From positions 429,015 to 493,014 of the forward strand of contig JAKMXF010000188.1 of the NCBI GenBank assembly GCA_024704765.1: a stretch of DNA of 64,000 nucleotides. The letters are read 5' to 3'. The position numbers and the translations under genes were made by a program. Positions 23,301-36,053 of this stretch are shown here, one piece after another. Below the pieces are notes generated by a model. That model was not told the DNA's origin, searched no databases, and saw only the letters and a program-made list of their open reading frames with translations. Each line of letters begins with the position of its first letter. Position 1 is the first letter of the stretch. The DNA comes from Oopsacas minuta (Eukaryota > Animalia > Porifera).

Positions 23301-26300
23301 AACACCCTGCCACAATTGACACATGACAAAAATATGCATTATACTTTAGTTGCATAGGCTGAAGATAATTTCAAACATTTGGGAACTTAATTTTATCATA
23401 AACGATGAGAAAAGGCGATTGTCCTATAATTCTGCAATATCAACAGAAAACTCGATTTATTCTTGCTATGTGTCAATTATATCACAAGTGGTATGGTGCT
23501 CTAATACTTTTGGCCAGGGAGTGTACTAAATATCCATTCTAGCATGGGTAGCATATTTTGGTCAATATTCACGAGTAAACAGGTTTATATACACAACTTT
23601 CCATACTCTGATAATACATTTTGGTGTCATATCTCAGACAATCATGACGCAATCATCAATTATGCAATATATGGTCATTTTCAAGATTGCGTCTCAATGG
23701 TTCGAGATATGACATCAAAGTCTATTATCAGAGTATGGGAAGTTGGGTATATAAACCTGTTTACTCGTAAATATTGACCAATATGCCATCCATGGTCACT
23801 ACAATAACTTTAGAAGGCCCCAACTTTACACTGACAATTATTTATATTTCGTATAAACACATCCTTAGAATAAAATATGTAAATTAGAGCTGCAGAGGCA
23901 ATAGTTATTTCTATACAGTGCTTTCAAATTGGAGCATTCTGTTAACAAAATTGCTTAGTGTACCATTTTGATATTATTGAAACCCAAAGGCTTCCCTATA
24001 CAAATATATTTATCAACTACTTTATCCTTAATCTAAAAATTATTACGCGCCATTGCCTTATGTATAGAAAGCTAGTGGCGGCGCTACTGGTGGGGCACAG
24101 GTTATTAAACTGGGGCAACTTACATTAATAAGGTCGGGTACGGGACCCACCTGGCCCCATCAGCGGGCCGCTTCTGTAGAATGCTATGGTTTTAATTAAT
24201 ATTGTGGCAAACGGATAGTTTGAAATTGAATTGTCTGTAGAATACCCCAGTATTCTAGGTCACAAATAAACAGGGATAATTACAGTACAATTTAAACTAT
24301 AATAGATTCAGAAATAAGCTTACTTGTCTTTGAGCTTAACAAGAGCTGGCGCATAATGTGAGTAGTGTTGCTTGACTCGATTGAGCTCATACACCAATCT
24401 CTGCTTTTCCTGTACAAGTCTATTATGATGCATTCTATGGAAGTCTCTCTCTTTCCTCAACCGCACCAGAGCTTCACCTGCCTTTATTCCGGTTTCTCTC
24501 TCTCTCCCCAATTCTTGCAACTGCTCTTCTATTTTTCTCTCCAGAATCCTGTTATGACTGTAGCAATCTGGAAGAGGCTAGAAATGTTGTAATCTATCGA
24601 TGCATTTACAAAGGGAACAGTCTTTGCAAAAGCATTATTGGAAAAAAAGAGTATTACGGCTAATGCTATTATTTATCCCTAGTGGCAGATTATGGATGTG
24701 GTGATGCAGTGAATTATTTGAAAGGAATTACACACAATTTTATGTTTTAAAGTAATCTATACCCTCATTCTTATAAAAGTAGTAGTTAATAAAAAAACTC
24801 AAAAAGCAAGTAAATATAAATTCGTTTTATGTGTTTATAATGAGTGAATAGAGTTGTATGTAATCTTATTTGTCTGATTAATTTGTGCTAATTTGGCTAA
24901 TAATTAGAGATTTAGAAATTGCATCATTCAGGCAACAAATTTCAATTATTATGGAAAAGCATGTACAGTGGAATCTGCATTAGCCGACACAATTTTAATG
25001 TCACAACAAGTGTCGGTTTATGGAGGTCCCACTGTATACTATTCCTCTAAAGTAAAAACCTGAGCTGAGTGTAGATAAATTCGATATTTTCCTCATTTGT
25101 AATTTTGATATAACTTTACTCTTTAGCAACGGCGGATTCCTGGGGGGGTGGGGGGGGCAATTGCCTCCCCCAGTTTTCAACATTAGAATAACTGAAATTA
25201 ATTAGGAAACAAGAAAGAATATAATTATTTGGAAATTCTACAAGGATGAAGGCGTATTAGCTAGCATGGAATTACGCTCTTCTTCTGCATCATCTACCTT
25301 TCCAACACATTATCTAATTGATTGCTTTCACAATTCCTCTATTCAAGGAAATTGTCATCAAATCATTTGCTCTAGTGCTATCAAGACTAGATCTACCCCA
25401 ACTTAATATTCTATTCATAGCCCTAAAGGCTAATGGGAACAAATATAAACATACAATAAAGAATCAGAAAATATCTAATTGCTGGAATATACCCAACGAA
25501 TTATAGTTCTAGTATGTGTACTGCGTAGTAGTCTTTAATGAAATCATAAACTAGCTCTGATAAGTTCAATTTTGCCCCCCAGAATATTTAAAGAATCCGT
25601 CACTGCTCTTAGGCTTAATACTTAAATTATCAATTAATACATTTTCAATTGGTTACACACTGTCTGTAATTAGACATAATACAAGAGTACAGGTGGTATC
25701 AGCTTGTATAGATAACCACTCTGAAATCATGTGTGATATTACCATATATGGGTATAGGCTAGATTACGTCATAATAATCTGAGATAGCACATCGAAATGT
25801 ATCACAAGGGTATGGGAGTTGGGTATATAATATAAATTAGCATGGTTATTTGCCAAAAAGTTTCAGGTCGTCTAGCTATAGATGAATATTGGCGGAAATT
25901 TTGGTTCATTTCAGGATATTCAATATTATTACTTCCCTACTGAACTTCCTGTTTTATTCTATAGATAAAATTAAAAATAATTATCCTGCAAATAACTTTT
26001 GAAAGAAGATTTCTAGCATCAATTTGAAATATGTCCAAAAAGGTGTGAAAAAATATTAAAATTTGTATCTATACCCGATTACCCCTGACTAGCAGTAGCA
26101 GTTAAAAGGAAATCTCTAGCATGACAGGGCTGGATTAGGTTAGCCGGTTAACTGACTCTATAAAACAATTAAAAGTAAATATATTCATTAACCGATTGAT
26201 ATTTTCAATTTTAGTCACATACTAGATTAAAACCTGACAAGCAATTAAAACGCAATATCTGGTATAATATTGAATAATATGCAAAAAGGTGTAAAATATG

Positions 26301-28571
26301 ATTAATCATATGATTAATCATGAAGATATAGATATAAAATGTGTAATTTGAAAGATACATACTCGGTTACACCTAACGAGAAGTTGGAACGAATCTCTAG
26401 CATCATCTCAGAAAAATTAGCAAAAGTTGTGAAAATCTGATTAATCATATGATAAATGTGTGAAATATTACTTTCGAGCTCTGAAAATCTCAAAATCATA
26501 CTTTGCACCCAATTACCCTGAAAACATTTCAAAACCTGGGGCCTTATTAACTAAAATTCTAAGAATTATTCTTAACTTAATTCTAAGTGTATTTCTAAGA
26601 ATAATTCTAAGAATTCATGAAATATTCTTAGTTTCCATTACGGATTCTTAACTTGGCTATACTTAACGGATTCTTAGAATTGGGTAATTCTACTTGATTG
26701 ATTCTTGCTATTGATTAATAAAATTTATGCCAATTCATTCGACTTCAATCGTTTTTTGAGAAGATATGCACATAGTAGAAATAAAATCCTTAACTTGTAT
26801 ACTTGATTTATCATGAATGAGATCCACGAATGACATTATCTGAGTAAAATTCTTTGAACTAGTTTTCGATTTTTCAGTGGTCATAATGCGAACGATTGTT
26901 AAGATATTATCATAATTAATGAATATTTTATAACTAAAGATGACAATACACTTAAATGGATAAAATTGCATAGATTGCGTATATTTTTGCAGGGCGTCAC
27001 TCAAATGACATTGACTTTATTTACCTTAGTTTAGATACAACACTATTATGTTTCAAAATATTTGAGATATAATTATAAAATACATTTATTGATGTCATAA
27101 TACAATTCAGAGTTATATCAAGAAATAGCATCAAAATATAGTTGGTATGTAGTTCGACTAGTTCTATGCTGTGGGAATTACAACATGTGGATATGACAAT
27201 CAAACATATTGTCTTAAGAGATTAATGATCTTCTTTGTAAATAAATGCATTTTATCATAAATTCATAGAAAAGTAGAATAAATTTTAAGTTAAGAGTCCT
27301 CTTTACCACACAAAATATTTTCTGAGAATTGTTCTAAGTATTTGACTTAAGAATTTTAGTTAATAAGGTCCCAGATCTCTAGCTTGCTTTTGGGTATTAC
27401 ATAGAAAGGTGTGAAAATATGATTAACCACCAAAAAGGTATGAAATATTCACTTTAAAAATACCCGAGGTGCTGAGCTCCGACCCAAAATGTATATGTGT
27501 ACCAATTTTCATGTGGATCGAACTGCTAGATTACGCACGGCAGCGAGAACGGATGGAGGTCGTACATTGTCCATTACCACTAGGGCATCTCCTTATAGGA
27601 GCTGCACTAATAATAGAAATGTGTCGCCTGAATAATGCAATTTCGAAATTTCTATTAATTAGCCAAACTAACATTACATCCTTATTTAATCGTCTACTAG
27701 TCGTAGAAGAATTATTGATAAGTAATATGAATAAGAGAGTGGCTACAGTACAGGTGCCTGTATCTGTAAATATATATAAGCTAATGCTGAAGGAAATTAA
27801 AAGTGACAAAGTCAAAGGTATGAAATTGGAATTAGCGTACTAAATTACCCCCACTCAGCTGGGTAGACCAATTTAATTAGAATCTTAACAATTAATTATC
27901 TCGCAAATACTGAATCAGATATTCGCATTTAATGTTGTTCTATGAAATTAATGACAAATTATAGGAAATATTAATTTGAGTAAGGTTTGAAGGAAATTCA
28001 TTCATTCAGAGTCAAATGTATTTTACATAAATTTTGCTCTGTCAGCCATAAATACTGGTAAATCCATAAATCTGATATTGTGATATGATTGTCACTATTT
28101 TTCAGAGTTTTGTTGAGAATTCGCTTACAAATCCGAATCGAATATTTATCATACTTCCATCACACATACCTGTCGTTCTGTATCTAACTCGCCAGTCTGC
28201 TTGAGTTGATGCCACTCAGCTTGAAAGGTTCCCAGGGTCATAAGCATCCCCTTCTCAACCAGAAAGTTCTTCACAAAGTCCTCAACTACTTCTGGCCTCT
28301 TAGAGAGTGTGGCTGTAGGTCTGCCTTGAGCTAGCTCACCCAATTCAGAATGTTTCTTGGTTTCCAAAATAGCTCTATTAGCTCTATCAAAGTCTTCTTC
28401 CTCGTCAGAAGTTGTGTAATGCTCCACTGGTATCTCTTCGTATGAGAACTCATCATCACTCAGTTCAGGAATGTTTGCCTCAGTGACGTAGTAAGTGTCA
28501 CCTATACTTTCTCCTGACACATCTTCTGGATCTTGCATAGAGTCCAATAACTCTTGGAAAGTAGAGTCCAT
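17315..28571 (-). CDS. SPAG16: Sperm-associated antigen 16 / PF20 (central-pair WD40 protein), 615 aa, 6 exons
   Basis: Exons 28571-28170, 24577-24324, 22151-21922, 21845-21578, 20192-19766 and 17581-17315 are all GT-AG and in frame. They encode the N-terminal PEVVEDFVKNFL motif, the coiled coil LRKERDFHRMHHNRLVQEK...MLTQLERDRA and WD40 repeats ending LYLWS*. Confidence 0.93.
18216..18759. mobile_element. hAT-type MITE (544 bp) carrying a 42-bp minisatellite
   Basis: Perfect 8-bp TSD GGTTGGAG at 18208-15 and 18760-67. TIRs CAGTGTTTCC (18223) and GGAAACGCTG (18759). An extra CAGTGCG precedes the left TIR. Confidence 0.85.
18341..18563. repeat. 42-bp minisatellite, 5 full units plus a partial unit
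   Basis: TG(A/G)CTATGGGGTCTCTGTAGACCCCAATATGAAGATTACTGT-like units start at 18341, 18383, 18425, 18467 (41 bp), 18508 and 18550. Confidence 0.95.
24073..24176. mobile_element. Short hAT-like MITE (104 bp)
   Basis: Imperfect TIRs TAGTGGCGGCGCT and AGCGGGCCGCTTCTG. 8-bp TSD TAGAAAGC/TAGAATGC. Confidence 0.65.
24966..25034. mobile_element. Tc1/pogo (Tigger-like) mini-MITE
   Basis: TA-CAGTGGAATCT...GGTCCCACTG-TA. Related ends occur at ~47690-47832 and ~50640-50810. Confidence 0.6.
26539..27371 (-). mobile_element. PIF/Harbinger-like non-autonomous element with a decayed Myb/SANT-like ORF, nested in a HINE-like repeat in SPAG16 intron 1
   Basis: TIRs GG(G/A)CCTTATTAACTAAAATTCT at both ends with CTG/CAG 3-bp flanks and TTCTAAGAA-rich subterminal repeats. 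The minus-strand remnant MTTEKSKTSSKNFTQ..FVDLIHDKSSIQVK resembles the start of a Myb-like domain. The host repeat is continuous across this point in the copy at ~62050-62170. Confidence 0.6.
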
Positions 28572-29079
28572 TTTAGCTAGCCAACAATATAAACTGCTCA
28601 CGGGTTTGGAATTCCAAATAGGGTTTTGTTTTGCTAATTTTTGCTATGCTTACACTTCGGACTACAATTTCCTTTTTAGACCTTCGTAACAAATTGATGG
28701 TTATTGAGCTTTCAACTTGATGACACTCACAGAATTTTCAACCACATGATGTCAAAAATCTATGATTTGAAATCTTCTTTGTAGGTGTTGAAAACCTTTT
28801 TACTAGTAGGCCTCCACCAAAAAAGTGAAAAGAGCTAAGCGATTAGCAAAGTATTTTTAAGATTTAGCCATTTGAAGTTACTTGGCAGTTGGTATTGCCA
28901 AAAGTTTGAGATGAAAATATTTTTATAACAAATTTAGAATCTAAATAAAATTCTTATCTATCTTGTAAATTAAGTATCTCCGTATTTTATTGACCGAGAT
29001 TATGATATCAGAGACCCGTTAGTGGTAAGCCTGTAACTATTGTTAACAGTGTTACTAATTAAAATATAAAACCTGTAGA

Positions 29080-32000
29080 TTACATGACTGTGTCAGCAGT
29101 GAAGGATTGAGCGTTAGGTATTACGTTATCTCCCTCTGAACTCTCATCTCCTGAGTCAATGAACTCTTTTGATTTAATTTTAGAATTCTTTGCTCTTTCT
29201 CGCTTCCGGACTGACCCCCCACTAGTACCGCTCTTTTCTCGCTTTTTTGACTCACCCCTCCCTCCTGCTCCAGTACGGGTTTTCTTCTTCTTAGAGCGCT
29301 CATATACAATCCCATCGTCCCCATCACTCTCCCCCCTCACACTTCGATCTTCCATCTCTCTCTTGCCTCTCCTTCTAGATTCCTTTGGTTCCTTTATCTC
29401 TTCAGAAAACCTGAGTCTATCCTCAGCTCGTAGCTTGAACTGTTCTCTCATTTCTCTTTGCTCTTTTAAGTGATCCTCGTTTCTCTTAACCTTCTCAATC
29501 TTCTCCCGATCCATTCTAGCCTTCAACTCTTCCTTCGCTTGCTCTTGCTGCTCTTTCAAAGCTCTCTCCTCCTCATCTAGCTTCCTAGCCCGGCCCACGT
29601 GGTGTTGAGCCTGACTAAGAATATCAGAGCAAGCTTTCGCCTCCAGGTTAGCTTGGTAGGGATCCAGCTTACTGCGTCCATCAGTCAGCTTACTCAAGAA
29701 GTGAAAATATTTCTGAGCAAGCTCCAATTCCCTCACAGCTTCCAGGACGTTCTTCAGATGACTCCGCACTTGCTTTAGGATGGAGATAGCTAATTTCTCC
29801 ATCACAAATGCCAAATTGAACAGAACAACGTTGTCTCCGGGAGATAGATGACGAGCTCGCATCAGGATGAACTTGCATTTGTTTAAATCTCCGTTCTTGA
29901 AATGTGCCTGAGACACGAATAACATAATCTCAGTGTTATTGCCTTTATAGAACCTGTTTAGACAGTTAGTGTAGAGTTGTATAGCGGACACATACTGTCT
30001 CTGCTCTACGAATATGTGAGCCAGATTCAGCCACACGTCTGGAATGTCAGCTGTAGCATCTCGTACCTGTGCGAAGATACTCCTAGCCTCCTGAATGAAT
30101 CCCTTATGTGCCAGGACAGCTCCTATGCCATTAGCAGCAAACAGATTCCTTGGATGTCTCTTAAGCACGTCTTTGAAATAGTTGAGTGCTCTCTCTTGGT
30201 GTCTCTTTTCCTTGCTCTTGTCCTTCATTGGGTGATGGATTGTCTGCAACCAGATATTTCCAAGGGATAAGCTGGAGTAGGGGTCGTGTGCGGTCTGAGG
30301 TCTTTGTAATATCAGCTCGAACTTCTTCTGACCAGGCCCAAATTCGCTCTTACTGAGATGCAGATTGCCGATTAGGGACCATGGATCAGGGTGATGATGA
30401 TCAATCTGGAGAGCTTCTTTAAACCAGTGAGAAGCATCGAATATCTGCTCTCTATCGCGAGCCATACATCCCAGACGTAGATAGCAGTCAATGTAGTTTG
30501 GATGATCTTTGTAAATACTCTTGTAGAGTGTCTCGGCTTTATCCGTCTGATAGAGAGCCTCATACAGTCTTGCCAGATTGTAGCTGAGTGTAACAGCTAG
30601 AGTATTGTTGTAGTTGTCCTCTTCTTGCTTACAGCGAGACAATGCTAACTCATAATTCTCTCTAGCTGACTCCAGCTGATCGAGTTTGTGGTAGAGAGCA
30701 GCCATGTTGTTGATTATTTCAGGTGGTACCTGTAACTTAACATTCTCCTTGAATATCCCTGAGGCCATCTTGTAAGCGTTGAGAGCGCCGTTAAAGTCAA
30801 AATACTGAAGAATCCCAGCTAGTTCTATCCAAGCTTCTACGTCATCAGGGAATTGCTCTGTAACCTAATTCATACAGCTTATTAAAAGAAAGATAGGTCT
30901 GTTGCGTAGGATTTTGACGCGCACCATGGATATGCTATTAGGATTTTGTATTGCGGGTCAAAATCCTATGCAACAGGTCTAACCATATACTACTCTTATA
31001 TCATACAGATAGGAATAGCCAAGCAAAGAATAAGAAAGATAGGCCATTAGTATAAATCTCATAAAAGTTAAATTAACCCTTCAAAGTTTGTGAATTGAAC
31101 TTTTCGAGTTAAAAATGTAAGAAATCAGTTAAGATTACATAAAAAGTTATCTCGGCCATCCTTCATTTCGTTTCGGCGACATTTATGCGATGACGGTAGT
31201 ATTTATATAATTTAACTATTTTCTCAAATACTCACATAATAAAATGTATTTTATCGATGGCTTATTGGAAGAAAAAGTTCTCAATTTATTCCATGCATTT
31301 ATCAAAAATAGATTTATGAATTTTCAAAAAATGATATGAAGATATAATAAGAAATCTATTCTAAAGAAAACGTGCTGATTATTAATACATATGAATGATT
31401 AGAGGACATTAATTCATAGGAATACAATAATTCCAAAAAGAAAAAAATTCAATTTTCGAGCATTTATGTGAATTTTGAAGTCATGATTTGAATGCGGCTA
31501 AAATAGGATGAAGGATGGCCGTTTGAACTTTTTAGGTAGTCTTAACTTATTCTTTACATTTTTGGAGCATTAATTTAAATTTTATGAGATTATAACAATA
31601 GCCTCTTTTTGTTATTTGTTGCTCGGTTACTTTCCTATCTGTGTTATATAGTAATATATGGTCAAACTGATATTTATCCAGCATCCTACCTTAGTTAGAT
31701 ATATTTTTGCTTTTTCTCTCTTTTTAGAGTCATCAGACCCCGAGTAGAGAGAACCTAGAATCTTCATAGTCTCGTAATTGTCAGGTTGTTTGAGTAAAAC
31801 TTTCTCAAAACTCTGGGCAGCATTTTCTGTATCTCCTCTAGCTATATACATCTGCCCCAGTCCGTAGTGAGGGAGGACATACCCAGGCGCAGCAAACTGA
31901 GTAGCTTGATAGTAGTATTGGAATGCTTGCTTTGAATCGCCTTGAGCGTGGAAAGAGCGAGCCAGCTGATAGCAGCTCTCTGCTTGCATAGATTCAACAT

Positions 32001-33743
32001 CGGTACCATGGAATGCATGCAGAGCAAGATGTTGAACCTGATAATAAACTCATATAAAGATTAAAGACTCTCTGTTAGTTGGAAACTTGTTTTAGCTCCA
32101 CGGTTTACATACAATTTAGCGGTAATATATTACTTGGAACAATGCTTAGAAGTGTTTTAGCTGTCAGTTGTATATTGAAAAATATCGGAAATTCCTCAGG
32201 ATAAAACAGAATAAGAATCAATGGCTTACAAATTATTGCTATGTCAAGTTGTTAACAATATCTCTACGAAGTAGTTTCATTAAAATCAGATAAACAGAGC
32301 CTCAGAAATTGTCTTGCTGATACGTATTTATTCTTGCAGATGTGTTCTTATAACTTATGAGAATATGTATAAATAGATTACCCTAAGTAGGCTATGAGGG
32401 CCGGCCCGAGATTTCAACTAATTATAAAATCGCATAACTCATACATGACATCATATACAATGGATAATGATACTGAAATCCTCTCGCATGCTCAGATGGA
32501 TGTCCTGTGGAGCTGAAACAAGTTTATCATTTTAGAGGCTAAAATTATAAAAAATAAACTACACTATTACAGTAATATTTTTAAGTCCGTACGTCTATTC
32601 CGATTAAGTTTTTTCGGGGTAGAAGCAAGGTTGAAACAGCTCGAACAGAATAATAGTATCCATGAATTGCAGCCTAACCGAATCCTGGTACGAATACTGA
32701 TATTCGGATGGTAACAATATATTGAACTACGTACGCGTACGTATTCGCCAATTATTATTTGGTTGATCCTAATCTTGAACTAATATTGAACTATTCGGTT
32801 GCAACCTTGGTTTGAAGAAGTAACACTTATTAACTGAGTTCTACGTACTGTATGTATAATAATTTAATGATAAACTGGCTCATACTTTGGTGTAGTCCTT
32901 CTTGAAGAAGAAATGGTTAGCCAAGTGGTTCAGTACCATAGGATTGGATCTGTCTAGTGTGTAGGCCTTTGAGAGGAAGTTAACTCCTCTCTTGATTGAA
33001 TCAATGGCGTTTTGATTCAGCTCCAGGACTGCTAGTCCTATCATAGCCCCTACACAGGTTGGATCAAGCTCCAATGCACGTGAATAAGCCAATTGAGCCT
33101 TATCAAGATTTCCCAGCTTTACAAAGCAATGTCCCATCCCCATCCTCACAGCTCCAGGACAGTTTGGGTTTGTCCGTAGAGCTCGTTTGTAGAAGACGAG
33201 AGCTTCTTTATACTCCTTCTTGTTATAGCAAATAGCTGCCTTACCAAGGAGAGCAGGAATGTTCTCGCTGATTTGTTTGAGAACAAAGTTGAATTGAGCG
33301 TCTGCCTGATCTAACTTGTCTCCTTCAAGCAAGCAGAAGTAAGCTCTACCCAAGAGATGGTTCAGATCGTACATAATTATCTTATCAGCATTGGTGTATA
33401 GTAGAGTAGCTTGTGTGAAGTAATCTCTCTTACGAGATCTCTCTTTCTCCTGTCGAGCCAGTGTGACGAAATGGGCAGCCAGACTGTCTAGACATTCCAT
33501 CTGATCCTTTTCACTGTCTTTATAATTTGTGTTAGCCGCTGTACGGGCAAGATCGAGTATTTTTTCAAAATCTTTGACTTTATTCTGCTTATAATATTGA
33601 CGAGCTAGATATACCCAGGTGTTCAAGGGCACCTGTTCTTCCCTCAGGATGGTGAGGGCCTCTTCAGCATCCGGAAGCTGTTCCAAGTCTAGCTCTATTA
33701 CTTCATCTGAGTTGTGAAGAGGTATCTCTATCACTGAGCTCAT
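29080..33743 (-). CDS. CTR9: RNA polymerase-associated protein CTR9 (PAF1 complex, TPR repeats), 996 aa, 3 exons
   Basis: Exons 33743-32886, 32037-31690 and 30864-29080 (GT-AG, phase 0). Start [19 protein letters not shown]. Motifs [36 protein letters not shown] and [16 protein letters not shown]. Confidence 0.97.
32626..32809. mobile_element. hAT-like MITE family CAAGGTTG(A/C)AAC
   Basis: TIRs CAAGGTTGAAAC and GTTGCAACCTTG with ATTCGG repeats and a degenerate 8-bp TSD. Other copies lie at 56731-56984 and ~20957-21150. Confidence 0.7.
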
Positions 33744-34073
33744 TATTATCAGAATACAGCTGAGGGAAAATTGCAAAAATAATAAATCAAGGTTGGAAGT
33801 ACCAGGGATGCAGTATTAGCTGAATGCATTCATAGAAATAGTTGCTGTATTGCAGAAAAATACATTTTTGCCGGAATAAATGTATTGAATTTTCGTAGAA
33901 CATCAGATTTTACACCAATGAATGCTAAACTTTCAGGAAAGCGTCAAAATATGTGTCTAGTAAGCATTTATTTAGCAAAATATGTCATTTTTCGATGCCT
34001 CGTAGAACGTTAAATATTGCATATATCAACTCAAAGTGAATCAATGAAATTATCTATAGATACTTTATACAAA

Positions 34074-34495
34074 TGTCAAAAAATTTCAAAAGTTGGCTCG
34101 TTGTTGAGTTACGGTAGAGAGCATGGATGACAATTTTTATGAATATTCAATTAAACTCAAGAATCATTGAAGTTATGGTAAATCATATTAGCCAATTTAT
34201 ACTAAATACCCGACTTCCTATACCCTTGTAATACATTTTGATATGGAATAATTGAAGAGTATTATGGAATCTTGAAAGTGACCATTTATGGGCATCATCA
34301 CATTGGTGCGAGAAATCATATCAAATGTAGTACAACGGTATGAGAAGTCGGGTTAATAGCATAAGTTAAAAATTCTGATTTTACCATAATTTTAATGATT
34401 CTCGAGTTATAATTGAATATTCAGAAAAATTCCTCATCCATGGTCTCTACCGTAACTCAACAACCAGCCAACTTTTGAATGGCAAATTTTTGACA
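34074..34495. repeat. Long imperfect palindrome (foldback element) upstream of CTR9
   Basis: Left arm TTCAAAAGTTGGCTCGTTGTTGAGTTACGGTAGAGAGCATGGATGA...ATACCCGACTTCCTATACC mirrors right arm GGTATGAGAAGTCGGGTT...TCATCCATGGTCTCTACCGTAACTCAACAACCAGCCAACTTTTGAA. Arms are ~170 bp around a ~70-bp spacer. Confidence 0.85.
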
Positions 34496-34539
34496 CATTC
34501 ACATTTCACCTGAAAATATACATAGATGAACCTTAAAAC

Positions 34540-35300
34540 AAAAAAGCAAAAGATGGTGATCACTCAGGACAAAGCAGGCTACTATAATGAAAAGCTGAAA
34601 GACATCAAACTCGAATACTCCAAGTCAGCGAAAAAAAACCTGATATCTTATGTCAGAAAGGATCCTTATCTTGGCTGAATGCCCTATCTTTCAAAGAATA
34701 TGGTTTTAAACTAAATAAGCAGGAGTTCATTGATTCCATTCTTCTAAGATATAACCATCCATCGAAAGATATACCCAAAGTGTGTATATGCTCTTCTCCA
34801 AACAATATCGATCATGCTCTGATATGTGATAAGGGTGGTTTTGTCTCACTCCGGCATAACCAGATAAGAGATTTAGAAGCACACTGGCTATCAGAAGTGC
34901 GTAAGGGTGTTAAAACAGAACCTAAGTTGATTCCGCTGACTGGTGAAATATTTAAACATAAAGTACCAACACAGCACCAGAGCCAGGCATGATGTCCTTT
35001 GCAAGAGGTTTTTGGAATTGTTTGGATCGGATAATTTGATGTTTGTGTTCTTCGTCACGGAGCTAAATCAAATAATCATGGGAGCCTAGCAAAGGTATAT
35101 GAGAACACGAGATAGAAAAGAAGGATATGAATAACTCTAGAATCCTCCAGGTAGAGAAGTCTTCGTTTACACCATTGGCGAGATGGGTAAGGAAGGAGAC
35201 AAGTTCCACAAAAGGCTAGCAACACTCCTAGCTAAAAAAGAGGAAACTCATATACGTAGTGATGCTACAGAATAAAACTGCGCTTCTCCATTCTTCTACT
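34540..35300 (+). mobile_element. 5'-truncated, frameshifted CRE-type non-LTR retrotransposon remnant (zinc knuckle plus restriction-like endonuclease)
   Basis: SWLNAL..KEYGFKLNKQEFIDSILLRY, CIC...DHALIC.KGGFVSLRHNQIRD, ARGFW...FDV and RILQVEKSSFTPL...MGKEGDKFHKRLATLLA match the C-terminal end of RLE-class (CRE-like) elements. Confidence 0.75.
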
Positions 35301-35724
35301 AAAAATGACTTTTCGGGGCTATAAAGGGTAGACGAGTTGAAAAGGACGATGAGAACAATATTTTGCAACTGAGTATTATCGGATAAGAATGGCTTTTTCC
35401 AGAAAGGTTTGATTGTTCCAATAATCCAACAATTTTTCTTGAGGTGTCCTTTGATGGCTGACCCTTCACGTACAGTTTGTTAAGGTTCAACCTTTTGACA
35501 TCTTTCCATGCGTTCAAATCGAAAAAGGATTGTCTTCAATTTGCTCATACTATCATAGTTTCTGACATTAGTGTAAGGTCCTTATTGGATTCTTCTTCAA
35601 ACTTAAGCAATTCCTCCTTTCCTTCCATTTTCCTAATACTTTCCCAATTCATGAAAATACCCCAAGTCTGCCAGTACTCGGAGATAATTTAGCTAGAAAT
35701 AGTTTCCACTTTTAAGGGGGAGCT

Positions 35725-36053
35725 GCATTTGTCAGAATACTCGTGACTGTCACTTGTTATCGTTGGATCTGGAGCCGGATGTGAGTACTGAGAGTATTTA
35801 GAACTCACGTTGGAAGGTGCTAGAATTGGCATTTTCATGGATTATCTAGCTAGTTTGGTTTGAGCTGAGAAGATGAGCATTTCAGTAGACTATTTGGATA
35901 ACTGGCGTGGTGTTTGATTGGGTTCGATTTGGATCTGGAGCAGGCTGAGTTGCTGAGAGTAATTAGAACTCACATTGTATTTGGTTAGGAGAAGTGACAG
36001 TCAACCAAATATAAATTCTGACAAGTGACAGTCACGAGTATTCTGACAAATGC
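35725..36053. mobile_element. MITE-like element with perfect 33-bp terminal inverted repeats
   Basis: GCATTTGTCAGAATACTCGTGACTGTCACTTGT at 35725-57 and its exact reverse complement at 36021-53. Internal direct repeat GGATCTGGAGC...CTGAGAGTA.TTAGAACTCAC occurs twice. Confidence 0.75.

Noticed and set aside
25138-25172. G-run resembling a G-quadruplex
   Set aside because: It has only two long G tracts and matches the GC-rich end fragments of hAT-like repeats scattered through the window.
27469-27843. 124-aa plus-strand ORF and the overlapping 94-aa minus-strand ORF
   Set aside because: They begin in a HINE-like repeat end within SPAG16 intron 1 and show no recognisable motifs.
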